Below, in pieces: positions 10,926-19,626 of a stretch of 64,000 nt of DNA. Both the position numbers and the translations under genes were made by a program. The notes beneath the pieces are model-generated. The model did not search any database and was not told the DNA's origin. It was given only the letters and a program-made list of their open reading frames with translations. This DNA is from Candidatus Latescibacterota bacterium (GTDB lineage Bacteria; Latescibacterota; UBA2968; UBA8231): contig CBDETK010000013.1 of NCBI GenBank assembly GCA_965242865.1, positions 1,952,001 to 2,016,000 on the forward strand, given 5' to 3'. Position 1 is the first letter of the stretch, and every line of letters begins with the position of its first letter.

Positions 10926-11021
10926 GGAGTTTTAGTGGAGACGAAAGGAGAGGGCTATGCAGCTTTGCTCGGATGCCGCATCTGCACGGTCCAGACCCCA
11001 GAAAGCTGAAAATCCCAAGAT

Positions 11022-13946
11022 TTACATCCTTCGTAGCGCAGCTTGGTTTGACCCATGCACCGACGGCTCGCTGCACCACAGCCGCCGCAAGTCTTCGAGT
11101 GCCTTCATGGTGCTGTGCGGCAAGCCCAGCAGGCGGACAACGACCTCGTCGATGGCGATTCGCGTTGGATCGACATGCGCTTGGCAAGCCGGCAGCAGAT
11201 CGGTTTTGGACAGCTTGTCAAAGTCAGCTATCCCTTGATCCAGTGCCGGATCATCTAGGCAGTCTAAACGCGGACACGGGACCCGCTTCAACGCCCCAAT
11301 CTGCGTAGTAGAACGACCTGCGTGTGTGCGCTGTCCTTTTGTCCAATGCATCACCATGCCAAATGTCGAGTTCGCCCACAACGCAAACGCCTTGAGGACT
11401 CGTGCATCTTCGTGGCCAAGCGTTGTCCAAGCGCGACCGCCCAGTGCCGATCTCCTAGTCGTCGCGGCAAGGAGTGCTTGTGACGTCCACCGCATGTTAC
11501 GTGCGTAGAATAGAGTGCTCTGACACGCTCGCATGGCCTGCCGATCGCGATCCGATCCGACGTTAGCTGGGGCACTTCCTTTGTGTGTAGGCAATACCAC
11601 GAGCCTTCGCTGCTTCTCACCGTTTGCTTCCCACAGTGCCCGATCCTTGCCAATGGCATCCGTGGAGCTTATCACCGGGTGGAACTCGAAAGCACCTATC
11701 TCATCGCCGCCATGCAAATGGCCAATCAGATGATGCGTAGGCCCGACTTCAAACACTTCCCCGATGGTGGACATGTCCACGCCGAGGGGTATGAGTGCAT
11801 CCCCAAGGTGGGTAAGTTTCCCCGTCGTCAGTCCGTCCGCAGCAAAGGCAAGCCCCGCATGCTTAACCCCAAGCGGACTCCACGGCGCACCATTCCCACC
11901 AGCATCGAACACCGCCACCTGACCCAATTCGTCTTCACCAACCCTGATGGGCCGGCTTGTGCCTGCTCCGCCAATACCTTTGAGGGCTGCCCCAATAGCA
12001 CGGGCAATTTCTCCGGCCTCCCCGATCCGGATAGGCGGGCTATGGAGCGTCACGCAGTGAATGGGGGCCGCGTTGCCCTCATCTTTCATCGGACGCCGTG
12101 TTGCCACCAGCAACATTTCTTCCATATCAGTGTCCGCGGACAGTGCTTCTTGTCCCAATGCTTGGCCAGCGGCCACCGCGATAGCGGTAATATCCGTGAA
12201 TTCTCGTTCGATCATCTGCCGCGTAACCGCCCACGAATCGGCGAATGCGGCCGTCAGCGGCAGCACAAACCCGATGCGCCCATTGCGCCTAACTTTCCTT
12301 CTTGCCAGTGCCAGAAACGATGCTGCCATGCCGGCCTTATTATTAACAGGCTCGTTCTTCACCAAGCGGCCCCACCTCTTCTGACATGCCTTGCGTTCAC
12401 TTTCGGTCAACCCGGCAATGTCAAAAGCACTTTGCCCTCCTCTAGTCCGAGAATACGGCGGATTCATTAGAATCCAGTCAACGCTCTCTGCACCTATGAC
12501 GACAGAAAGAGCACCGCTTCCACCGCCCGTAGCTCGACCGGCAACATCTTCAAATAAGTCTCTCACCTCGTCGGTATGAAAGTACTCGAGTGCCCCGGTC
12601 AAGCCGACGCCCCCCACAGCTACCCACCCAATCTGCGTGTCGCCATACGGTTCGCCCGAACCGAGGGCTGCCAAGGAAGATGAAGTCAAATGTGCGGCAA
12701 TAGGGCTGACATCCGTTCCAATCAGGCCCGACTCCATAGCGGTACGATGAAGTTGACGGACGGTCTCCTCCGTGCCCCCGGCTTGTTCATGTAATTCGCT
12801 AATACGCCGGTATCCGGCCCGCAATAACGTCCCGGTTCCACACGCTAAATCCGCTAGCCTACAGCGTTCAAACAATCGACCCGATCGCCATTGGTTGCGC
12901 CGTAGTGAATCAGCCCGGATCGTCAAAGCAGCAAGCAATTCCGCGGTAGCGGGTTGCGTGTAGAAAGCGGCAGCCCGCTTTCTGTCTTCACTTAGCTTAG
13001 GAAACAACTCCGCCCCGACGTTGATATATAGCCCGAGGCGGGCCAGTTCGATTTTTTCTACCGCACGAATGAGTTGCTTGAGTGCTTGTCCGGTCGCACT
13101 GGGATGGATGTTCCCCAACTTGCTAAGGACGCGAATAGCCGGATCGAAAATCGAACGCCAGTTCTCTCCAAGAACGGCCTGCCACACCTCCACTTGCTTG
13201 GAAGGAACAGGCAACGGAGAGGCACTAAAATCTAAGGGGGGTATCTCCTCCACTCCCTGCATGGAAAGCCGCTGTTGGGTAAGTAGCGCATTGAGCCACA
13301 GTACCATCGTGGTCCGCAGACCCTTCAACGGCGTCCGCTGCTGTACGAGGGCCGCAACCTGTTGAAGTTGCTTTGGCGACAACGCCGTTTCGAGCAGGTC
13401 AGCCGACTGATTCACCCGCTCGGCGATATCTGACGCAACCTGTTCCACAGACTCTCTCGGCAATGCCGCTGCGGACAGGAGCCGCGCTATGTCATGGACG
13501 GTGCCTCTTATGAATCCCTTCGTAGGCCAGCGCCGAAATTCCTCATTGTCGATCCGTTGGTGGAGCGCATACTGCATCTTCTTACCGCTAACCAACGCCT
13601 CCTTGATTTCCGGCAGCGCAAGGGTTCGGTACTTCGGGTCAATATACAGTGCCAGCGTGGTGTCAACTTGGAGGCCGCGGTCCGCGGTCCGTGCTCCTAG
13701 GCGCGCCTTGGCATCCTTATCCGCATCGGCCTTGCCAAACGATGTCTCTATGATCACCGGCGGCGATAGGGCATCGACGATCAAAATGTCGGGCCGCTTG
13801 GCCCTGTTGCCCGCACCCGCCAGCGTCTGCGTTTGCTCCACTTGAACGATACTGGACTTCGCCCGCCAACGTGCAGTTGTCGCAACAAGAGCCGCCCCTA
13901 ATGCTTGGTTGAAGGTTCCTTCAACGCTTTTGCCAGTCTTTGCCAT
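11022..13946 (-). CDS. Type IIG-like fused restriction-modification enzyme / N6-adenine methyltransferase
   Basis: N-terminal RPDILIVD...IIETS; AFYTQP; motif I DLACGTG; motif IV MNPPY; C-terminal TRD-like region. Confidence 0.8.
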   Translation of the reverse strand: MAKTGKSVEGTFNQALGAALVATTARWRAKSSIVQVEQTQTLAGAGNRAKRPDILIVDALSPPVIIETSFGKADADKDAKARLGARTADRGLQVDTTLALYIDPKYRTLALPEIKEALVSGKKMQYALHQRIDNEEFRRWPTKGFIRGTVHDIARLLSAAALPRESVEQVASDIAERVNQSADLLETALSPKQLQQVAALVQQRTPLKGLRTTMVLWLNALLTQQRLSMQGVEEIPPLDFSASPLPVPSKQVEVWQAVLGENWRSIFDPAIRVLSKLGNIHPSATGQALKQLIRAVEKIELARLGLYINVGAELFPKLSEDRKRAAAFYTQPATAELLAALTIRADSLRRNQWRSGRLFERCRLADLACGTGTLLRAGYRRISELHEQAGGTEETVRQLHRTAMESGLIGTDVSPIAAHLTSSSLAALGSGEPYGDTQIGWVAVGGVGLTGALEYFHTDEVRDLFEDVAGRATGGGSGALSVVIGAESVDWILMNPPYSRTRGGQSAFDIAGLTESERKACQKRWGRLVKNEPVNNKAGMAASFLALARRKVRRNGRIGFVLPLTAAFADSWAVTRQMIEREFTDITAIAVAAGQALGQEALSADTDMEEMLLVATRRPMKDEGNAAPIHCVTLHSPPIRIGEAGEIARAIGAALKGIGGAGTSRPIRVGEDELGQVAVFDAGGNGAPWSPLGVKHAGLAFAADGLTTGKLTHLGDALIPLGVDMSTIGEVFEVGPTHHLIGHLHGGDEIGAFEFHPVISSTDAIGKDRALWEANGEKQRRLVVLPTHKGSAPANVGSDRDRQAMRACQSTLFYARNMRWTSQALLAATTRRSALGGRAWTTLGHEDARVLKAFALWANSTFGMVMHWTKGQRTHAGRSTTQIGALKRVPCPRLDCLDDPALDQGIADFDKLSKTDLLPACQAHVDPTRIAIDEVVVRLLGLPHSTMKALEDLRRLWCSEPSVHGSNQAALRRM

Positions 13947-14030
13947 GAGGTTTCCTTGGTGGATAATGTCCTATTCCTTTTCCCAAAAGGCTGGATTCAG
14001 CCCCATTTTGAGTTTTACACGGAATAATAA

Positions 14031-14162
14031 GAGGCTGTCTGAAAACTCTGGTTGTCCCTTGCGTCTAAACGATACCGGCTGGATTCCCGCTTTCGCGGGA
14101 AAGACGAAGACCGTCTGTATAGCTGGTTCAACATGTCCCAAGGTGGGTTTTCAGACAGCTTC
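14031..14162. mobile_element. 132-bp MITE-like element, IS5/PIF-type ends
   Basis: 15-bp terminal inverted repeats GAGGCTGTCTGAAAA / TTTTCAGACAGCTTC (1 mismatch), flanked by TAA on both sides; internal palindrome ATTCCCGCTTTCGCGGGAA. Confidence 0.75.
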
Positions 14163-14191
14163 TAAGTACCGTAAGTCTCTTTTTTCTCCGC

Positions 14192-14301
14192 TTATTTTTT
14201 ATTCTCTTGCTCATCAGGTACGTCATTGTGTATGCGGAACAAAGTTACGCCATAAGGTGCCGGCACGTTATGGCGGCAGATTAGTCGGCCAATATTCTCA
14301 T
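14192..14301 (-). pseudogene. DUF5615 PIN-like toxin, internally deleted
   Basis: ATGA overlap with the DUF433 stop; reads MRILAD*, then GRLICRHNVPAPYGVTLFRIH in another frame. Confidence 0.7.
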
Positions 14302-15422
14302 GCTCTTTCGCCGTCCATAATGGCGTCGAGGTCTTCCCAAGTGACATTGGACAACTTGGCCCCGGTGGCCTTGTACTGTCGGCAAGCCTCAATATCTGCT
14401 TCGGTTATGTGGGGATAGCTCTGCATAATGTCATCTACGGTGCTGCCGTTTTCCAACAGGTTGGTTATCAGTTCCACAGAGATGCGAGTGCCTTGCACCG
14501 TGGGCTTGCCCGCCAGTATCTGCGGGTTGCAGACGATGCGTTCCTTATAGAGTGTAGGCGAGATTTGCTCTTTGTCGGGCCTAGCGCGTCTTCGCACACG
14601 GACCTGCCGTGCCGCTTGTGCTTCCTCGCGCCTTCTCGCCAAGACCCTATCAATCGTCTCTTGGATGATGGCCTCGCGGTTCCGAGCGGTGATCTTTTCG
14701 ACGTACTCCTCGCGGACGCGCTGGCGGATGCGCTCGCGGACGCGCTCACGGATGCGCTCCATGCGCTGCTCGCGGATGCGCTCCACGCGCTGCTCGCGGA
14801 TTATCTGTACAAGTTGCTCGTATTGACCCTGCAAGTATTTCTCTTGTATTCGCTCGCCATCCCATATATTGAAATCAGCAATGCCCGAGGCGGCACGTAC
14901 TCTGTTAATTAAATCTTGATCGTCCTCATAATCGCCACAGTGGAATCGGCGGTAAAAGACAGAGTAGGCCAACGCAATGTCCGGGATCGTACCGTCGGCG
15001 AATGATCCCGCGATCCATTTATAAGGGAGCTTCTCTCGGCGAATGACCATTTGCACACCATGCGCTCCACCGCAGCACGACATACACACGCCCAGGCCGC
15101 CATTGAGGATTTCGTTAATGGGCCGAATATAGTCGGCGAGGTCGGACCAAAGGAGCTCTTCCTGATTGGTAAGCTGAATGCCCTGCTCGCTCCTGTGCGT
15201 GCTCAGATGCAGGATTGGCGGTTTGTGGAATTCGTCTATCGCCTCGTCCACCTCAGCGGTCATGGCGATGTGGAACTCATCCAAGTCAACGGCGAGGCTG
15301 TACCAGTATGGAATTCCGGCGATGTCGAGAACCGAGCAAAGCGCTTGGCCCTCGGTGCGGAGATCGCGCAGTTCTGCTGGCGCTGGCGATTCGACGATGT
15401 GGACGTAGAAATCGGCGGACAT
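14298..15422 (-). CDS. Fusion: CHAT/caspase-like domain + R/E coiled coil + C-terminal DUF433 antitoxin
   Basis: PILHLSTH...MSCCGG (weak CHAT-like match); RERI/RERV repeats; ERIVCNPQILAGKPTVQGTRISVELI...YPHITEADIEAC (clear DUF433); AAGGAG RBS. Confidence 0.65.
   Translation of the reverse strand: MSADFYVHIVESPAPAELRDLRTEGQALCSVLDIAGIPYWYSLAVDLDEFHIAMTAEVDEAIDEFHKPPILHLSTHRSEQGIQLTNQEELLWSDLADYIRPINEILNGGLGVCMSCCGGAHGVQMVIRREKLPYKWIAGSFADGTIPDIALAYSVFYRRFHCGDYEDDQDLINRVRAASGIADFNIWDGERIQEKYLQGQYEQLVQIIREQRVERIREQRMERIRERVRERIRQRVREEYVEKITARNREAIIQETIDRVLARRREEAQAARQVRVRRRARPDKEQISPTLYKERIVCNPQILAGKPTVQGTRISVELITNLLENGSTVDDIMQSYPHITEADIEACRQYKATGAKLSNVTWEDLDAIMDGERA
14709..14800. repeat. 12/24-bp coding tandem repeat
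   Basis: CTCGCGGATGCG-like units encoding RERI/RERV/REQR. Confidence 0.75.
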
Positions 15423-15493
15423 TTCAATCTCTCCTTGACATAATACCGCGACGGATCAACTAAAACCCATCCCTCGCGGCCCCATGCAGGCGG

Positions 15494-15979
15494 TTAAAGC
15501 CTTAGATAAATGAGGAGCAGGGTGAGCGCGATTACGGCGGTGATGCTGGCTTGGAGCGCGAGTTGGCCGCAGCGCTCCCAATCGAGGCTCGGACGGACGT
15601 TGCGCTTGTGGACTTCCCTGAGATCGACCTGAAAGCGCTGCTCGTTGATGAGGCGGACGAGGTGGGGGTCGTAGTCGGCAATGGCCTTTAGGACCATGCG
15701 CTTGCGGCGCGCCGCTTTTTCAGCGCAGACCCGCTGGGCGTCCTGGGCCGCGACCTGGGCCAGCGGGACAGCGAGGTCGGCGTCGCGCGTATTGGTTTTC
15801 TCGCGCGCCAAATTCTCGGCCAAGCGGCTGAGCGCTTCGCGGCTTTTTACGTTGTCTTCAATAACGGTGTAGCAGGTATCGATAAAGCGGCTGAAATCCG
15901 CGAGGATCTCCTCTTCCGAAAGCCCCAGCAGGTAGGACTCTTCGATCATTTCTTCAATGGCGTCTTTGACGTCGGCCAT
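15494..15979 (-). CDS. Hypothetical protein with C-terminal TM helix
   Basis: MADVKDAIEEMIEE...; hydrophobic tail ITAVIALTLLLIYLRL; co-oriented with neighbours. Confidence 0.6.
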   Translation of the reverse strand: MADVKDAIEEMIEESYLLGLSEEEILADFSRFIDTCYTVIEDNVKSREALSRLAENLAREKTNTRDADLAVPLAQVAAQDAQRVCAEKAARRKRMVLKAIADYDPHLVRLINEQRFQVDLREVHKRNVRPSLDWERCGQLALQASITAVIALTLLLIYLRL

Positions 15980-16080
15980 AGTGCAAGCCCTGTAAATTAA
16001 ATGTGCAAAAGCCAAGAAGCACCCACAGCGGCACCTCGGTTCCATTTCCGTTTTCAGAGTACAGCATCGCTCCAAACATG

Positions 16081-17643
16081 TCAAGCAGACCGCGCCGCAT
16101 CCACCAAAGCCAAGGCGATTTCGTCGGCTATATCGCCCGCCCGCATCCCCCATTCCCCCAGCCGCTCGGCCGCCCGATCCCCGGCCAGACCGTGGACATA
16201 GACTCCGAGACAAGCCGCCTCATCCGCGCCCAGCCCTTGGGCCATCAGCCCGGCGATGACCCCGGTCAGCACGTCGCCCGCGCCGGCCGTAGCCATGCCC
16301 GCATTGCCCGTAGGATTGACGGCCATGCGCCCATCGGCCAAGGCCACGACGGTCGGGGCGCCCTTCAACACGAGCGTCGCCCCAAATTCGCCGGCAAAGT
16401 CGCGGGCCACCGCCATGGGCGCGGCGGCAATCTGTTGTTTGTCCAACCCGCTCAAGCGGGCGAACTCACCCACGTGGGGCGTGAGAACCAGCCGGGCCGA
16501 GCGGGCCTTGAGCGCGTCGGCCCGCCCGGCAAAGGCACTCAGCCCGTCCGCATCCAAAACGAGGGGTTGCTCGGTGCGCAACACCAGCCGTCTCACCAGC
16601 TCTGCGGTCTCTCGATAGCGGCCCAAGCCCGGCCCCAAGGCCAAGACATCGGCCCGCGTCAACATAGCCTGCACTTCGCCCAAGGCCCGCAGCGACAAAC
16701 AGCGCCGCTTGCGTACTTCGGGCAATGGCCGGGTCATCACCTCAGAGAGCTTGACCTCGACGATGTCGTTGAGACTGGCCGGCACCCCTAAATGGACGCG
16801 CCCCGCCCCGCTTCTGAGTGCAGCATCTGCCGTCAGCGCGGCCGCCCCGGTCATGCCCACCGATCCCGCGATCACGACCGCTGTTCCACAACTTCCCTTG
16901 TGCTCGTCGCCGCGGCGGCGCGGCACGAGCGGCCCAAGCCCCTCGGCCGCAAGCAGCAGGGCTGGGGCGGTCGCGTCGCGCAGGATGGGTTCGGGGAAGC
17001 CGATATTGGCCAAGTGCAACGCCCCGCAATGCGCTCGGCCGGGATAAAAGAGGTGCCCGACTTTGACCAACCCAAAGGTGACCGTCAGCACGGCTTGCAC
17101 GGCCGCGCCGTCAACCCTTCCGCTGTCGGCTTCGACCCCCGAGGGAATATCCACCGCCACCACGGGTCGCGCACACTGGGCGAGGCACTCAATGACCCGG
17201 GCCATAGCGGGACGGGGTGCGCCGCGCAATCCGGTTCCCAACAGCGCGTCAATCGCCAAGTCGGCTTTGCGGAGGGCCGCGTCGAGCGGGGCCAAGTCTG
17301 CGCCGAGCACTTCGACCGCACAGCCGGCCTGTTCGCAGCGCTGCAAGTGCTCGGCCGCTGCTCCTCGCATGGCCGTGCGATCGGCCGCGAGGAAGACGCG
17401 CGCCGAGCCGCCGCCACCGTGCAAGAGCCGGGCCGCGGCCAAGCCATCGCCGCCATTGTGGCCCTTGCCGCACAGGACTACGGCCTGCAAACCGGCCAAG
17501 CCATCCCAGCGCGCCGCAATGGCCGCGACCACCTCGGCCCCCGCCCGCTCTATGAGTTCAGCACTGGAGATGCCGGCCTCGGCCAGGGTGCGCCGATCGA
17601 CCTCGGCCATTGCGCGGCCCGTTATCAGTTTGGGCAAGTCCAT
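16081..17643 (-). CDS. nnr: Bifunctional NAD(P)H-hydrate epimerase/dehydratase
   Basis: CGKGHNGGDG, DALLGTG, VDIPSG, HKGSCG, LDADGL, LTPHVGEF, ATAGAGDVLTG. Confidence 0.95.
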   Translation of the reverse strand: MDLPKLITGRAMAEVDRRTLAEAGISSAELIERAGAEVVAAIAARWDGLAGLQAVVLCGKGHNGGDGLAAARLLHGGGGSARVFLAADRTAMRGAAAEHLQRCEQAGCAVEVLGADLAPLDAALRKADLAIDALLGTGLRGAPRPAMARVIECLAQCARPVVAVDIPSGVEADSGRVDGAAVQAVLTVTFGLVKVGHLFYPGRAHCGALHLANIGFPEPILRDATAPALLLAAEGLGPLVPRRRGDEHKGSCGTAVVIAGSVGMTGAAALTADAALRSGAGRVHLGVPASLNDIVEVKLSEVMTRPLPEVRKRRCLSLRALGEVQAMLTRADVLALGPGLGRYRETAELVRRLVLRTEQPLVLDADGLSAFAGRADALKARSARLVLTPHVGEFARLSGLDKQQIAAAPMAVARDFAGEFGATLVLKGAPTVVALADGRMAVNPTGNAGMATAGAGDVLTGVIAGLMAQGLGADEAACLGVYVHGLAGDRAAERLGEWGMRAGDIADEIALALVDAARSA

Positions 17644-17645
17644 GC

Positions 17646-18386
17646 TCAAGCCTCCCAAGGGCGAACCAGTTCGCGCAGCCGGCGCGGGGCTTCGCGGGGC
17701 AGGGGTTGGCCGGTGTACTTGGGCAAGAGCGCGCGAAAGCCAACGCTGATCCACAAGGCCCACGCCGACAGACCGCCGCAGAACAAGCCCAAGCCCGAAG
17801 CCACGCTCAGGCCCAAGGCCAAGACAGCGGTCAGCAGAAAAACCAACGACAGCTTTACGTTATCAATCGACAGCAGAAAGCTGTAGCGCACCGTGCCCCA
17901 CACCGACCCCTCTTGGGTGACCAGCACCGGAAAAACGTACATCGCAACCATGCCCACCAGCAGCAGGAACCAAACCATCAGCCCGCCCAAAAACACCCCC
18001 AACCAACCGCCCAGCCGCTGGTAAAAGACCACGTTGACCAGCACCAGCGCGACTGCCGAGACCACCAGCAAGCCCAGCGCAAGGGCGCGCCAAAAGAGCG
18101 TGCGGCCAGCCGCCCAGCCGGCCCGCAGGCCAAAGTCCCGGCCCCGCGCCCAAGCCGCTCCCGCCGCGAAGAGCACGGCCGTGGCCGGCGCACCCAATAG
18201 CAAGGCACCGGCTAAGACAGCGGTCCCCACCAAGCCCAAGCCGCCCAGCCCAAACCCCAGTTGCAAAAGCAGGTAAGCCCCGCCGATCCAAGGCAAGCTC
18301 AACGCGCTCCATAACAAGTTGTAGCCCACCAACCCTCCCAAGCGGTCGTACGCCGTCCACAAAAAGCGTTGCAGGTTTTCGCTCAC
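17646..18386 (-). CDS. Integral membrane protein (DUF624/YesL-like)
   Basis: Multiple TM helices; NLLW...APATA...YVFPVL pattern. Confidence 0.6.
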   Translation of the reverse strand: MSENLQRFLWTAYDRLGGLVGYNLLWSALSLPWIGGAYLLLQLGFGLGGLGLVGTAVLAGALLLGAPATAVLFAAGAAWARGRDFGLRAGWAAGRTLFWRALALGLLVVSAVALVLVNVVFYQRLGGWLGVFLGGLMVWFLLLVGMVAMYVFPVLVTQEGSVWGTVRYSFLLSIDNVKLSLVFLLTAVLALGLSVASGLGLFCGGLSAWALWISVGFRALLPKYTGQPLPREAPRRLRELVRPWEA

Positions 18387-19615
18387 TGGGCCTCCAAGCC
18401 GCGCAGCATAAACTCGGCGTACGTGCGGGCCGTCAACACCAAATCGCGCACCCGCACGCGCTCATCTACTCCGTGAATGCGCTCGCCCTTTACGCCATAG
18501 CCAATGCCGGGCAAGCCCCCGGCGACCGCAAAGTAGTGCAGGTCCGTAAAGCCAGAACTGAGCCGGTAGCTGGCGGCGCGGCGACGCACGGCTTGCACGG
18601 CCCGCGCAAAGGCTTGGGGCAGCGCGTGATTGGCAGCGACGACGCACGGCTCAATCCGCAAGGGCGCGGTCACCCGGCAGGGCGACGGCGTGGCCACGGC
18701 GCGTCTCAGCCCGCGCTCAACAGCCGCGATTTGTTCGCCGGGCACTAAGCGGCGGTCCAGCGAAAAGCGGGCGCGGGCGGGCACGGTGTTGATTTTGTCG
18801 CCCGCCCCGCCCGAGAAGGTGCCGCCGATGTTGAGCGTTGGGTTGCGGGCCTCGCCATCGGAGTCCACATAGCGGTGTTCGGCCGCGTTGAGGCGCGCCT
18901 TGTAGGCTCGCAGCTTTTGCACCACATCCACCATGGCTTCAAAGGCATTGACCCCTTGTTCGGGCCGAGAAGCGTGTGCGGCCTTGCCCGTCAGCTCGAC
19001 CTCCAACCACAACACGCCGTTGTGACCGCAGCCGACCTGCGTCCCGGCCGCCCCCTCGCAGACGACCGCGAAATCGGCGTTCACCAGCCCCTTGTGTACG
19101 ATCCATCCCGCGCCCAATTGGCCGCCGGTCTCCTCGTCGGCCGTGAACGAACACTCGACGTTGAAAGCCGGCTGCACATCCTGCGCCTTGAGGGCCTCCA
19201 CCGCCATCAGCAACGCGGCAATTGAGCCTTTCATGTCGCCGGCACCGCGACCGTAGAGCGCACCGCCGGCCAGCCCCGGCTCAAAAGGGCTGCCGAACCG
19301 CCACTGCCCAGCGCAGGGCACCACATCGTAGTGGGCGTTGAAATGCACGGTCTGCGGCAGGCCGGCGTCCCAGCGAGCGATTAGGTTGTAGCGCGGGAAC
19401 TCGGCCGAGCCGAGCACGCGGCGCACCTCTGGGTCGGGGACGCGGTGGACTTTGGCCGACATGCCCAAGCCCTGACAGCGTTCCAAGAGCGCGTCGGTCA
19501 TCGCTTGGTAGTTGTGCCCCGGCGGATTGACCGTATCCACGCGCACGAGTGCCTGCGCGGTGCCGAGCAACTGCTCTTGGTGCTTTTCGATGTATTGATG
19601 GACCTCGGCCTTCAT
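18383..19615 (-). CDS. M20 family metallopeptidase/deacylase (ArgE/DapE-like)
   Basis: FNAHYDVVP, GRGAGDMKG, DEETGG, GKAAHAS, IHGVDE. Confidence 0.9.
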   Translation of the reverse strand: MKAEVHQYIEKHQEQLLGTAQALVRVDTVNPPGHNYQAMTDALLERCQGLGMSAKVHRVPDPEVRRVLGSAEFPRYNLIARWDAGLPQTVHFNAHYDVVPCAGQWRFGSPFEPGLAGGALYGRGAGDMKGSIAALLMAVEALKAQDVQPAFNVECSFTADEETGGQLGAGWIVHKGLVNADFAVVCEGAAGTQVGCGHNGVLWLEVELTGKAAHASRPEQGVNAFEAMVDVVQKLRAYKARLNAAEHRYVDSDGEARNPTLNIGGTFSGGAGDKINTVPARARFSLDRRLVPGEQIAAVERGLRRAVATPSPCRVTAPLRIEPCVVAANHALPQAFARAVQAVRRRAASYRLSSGFTDLHYFAVAGGLPGIGYGVKGERIHGVDERVRVRDLVLTARTYAEFMLRGLEAQ

Positions 19616-19626
19616 AGGTGATTCGC

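Noticed and set aside
13909-14418. 169-aa ORF containing WIPAFAGKT
   Set aside because: It reads through the MITE palindrome and antisense to the toxin remnant; not a credible gene.
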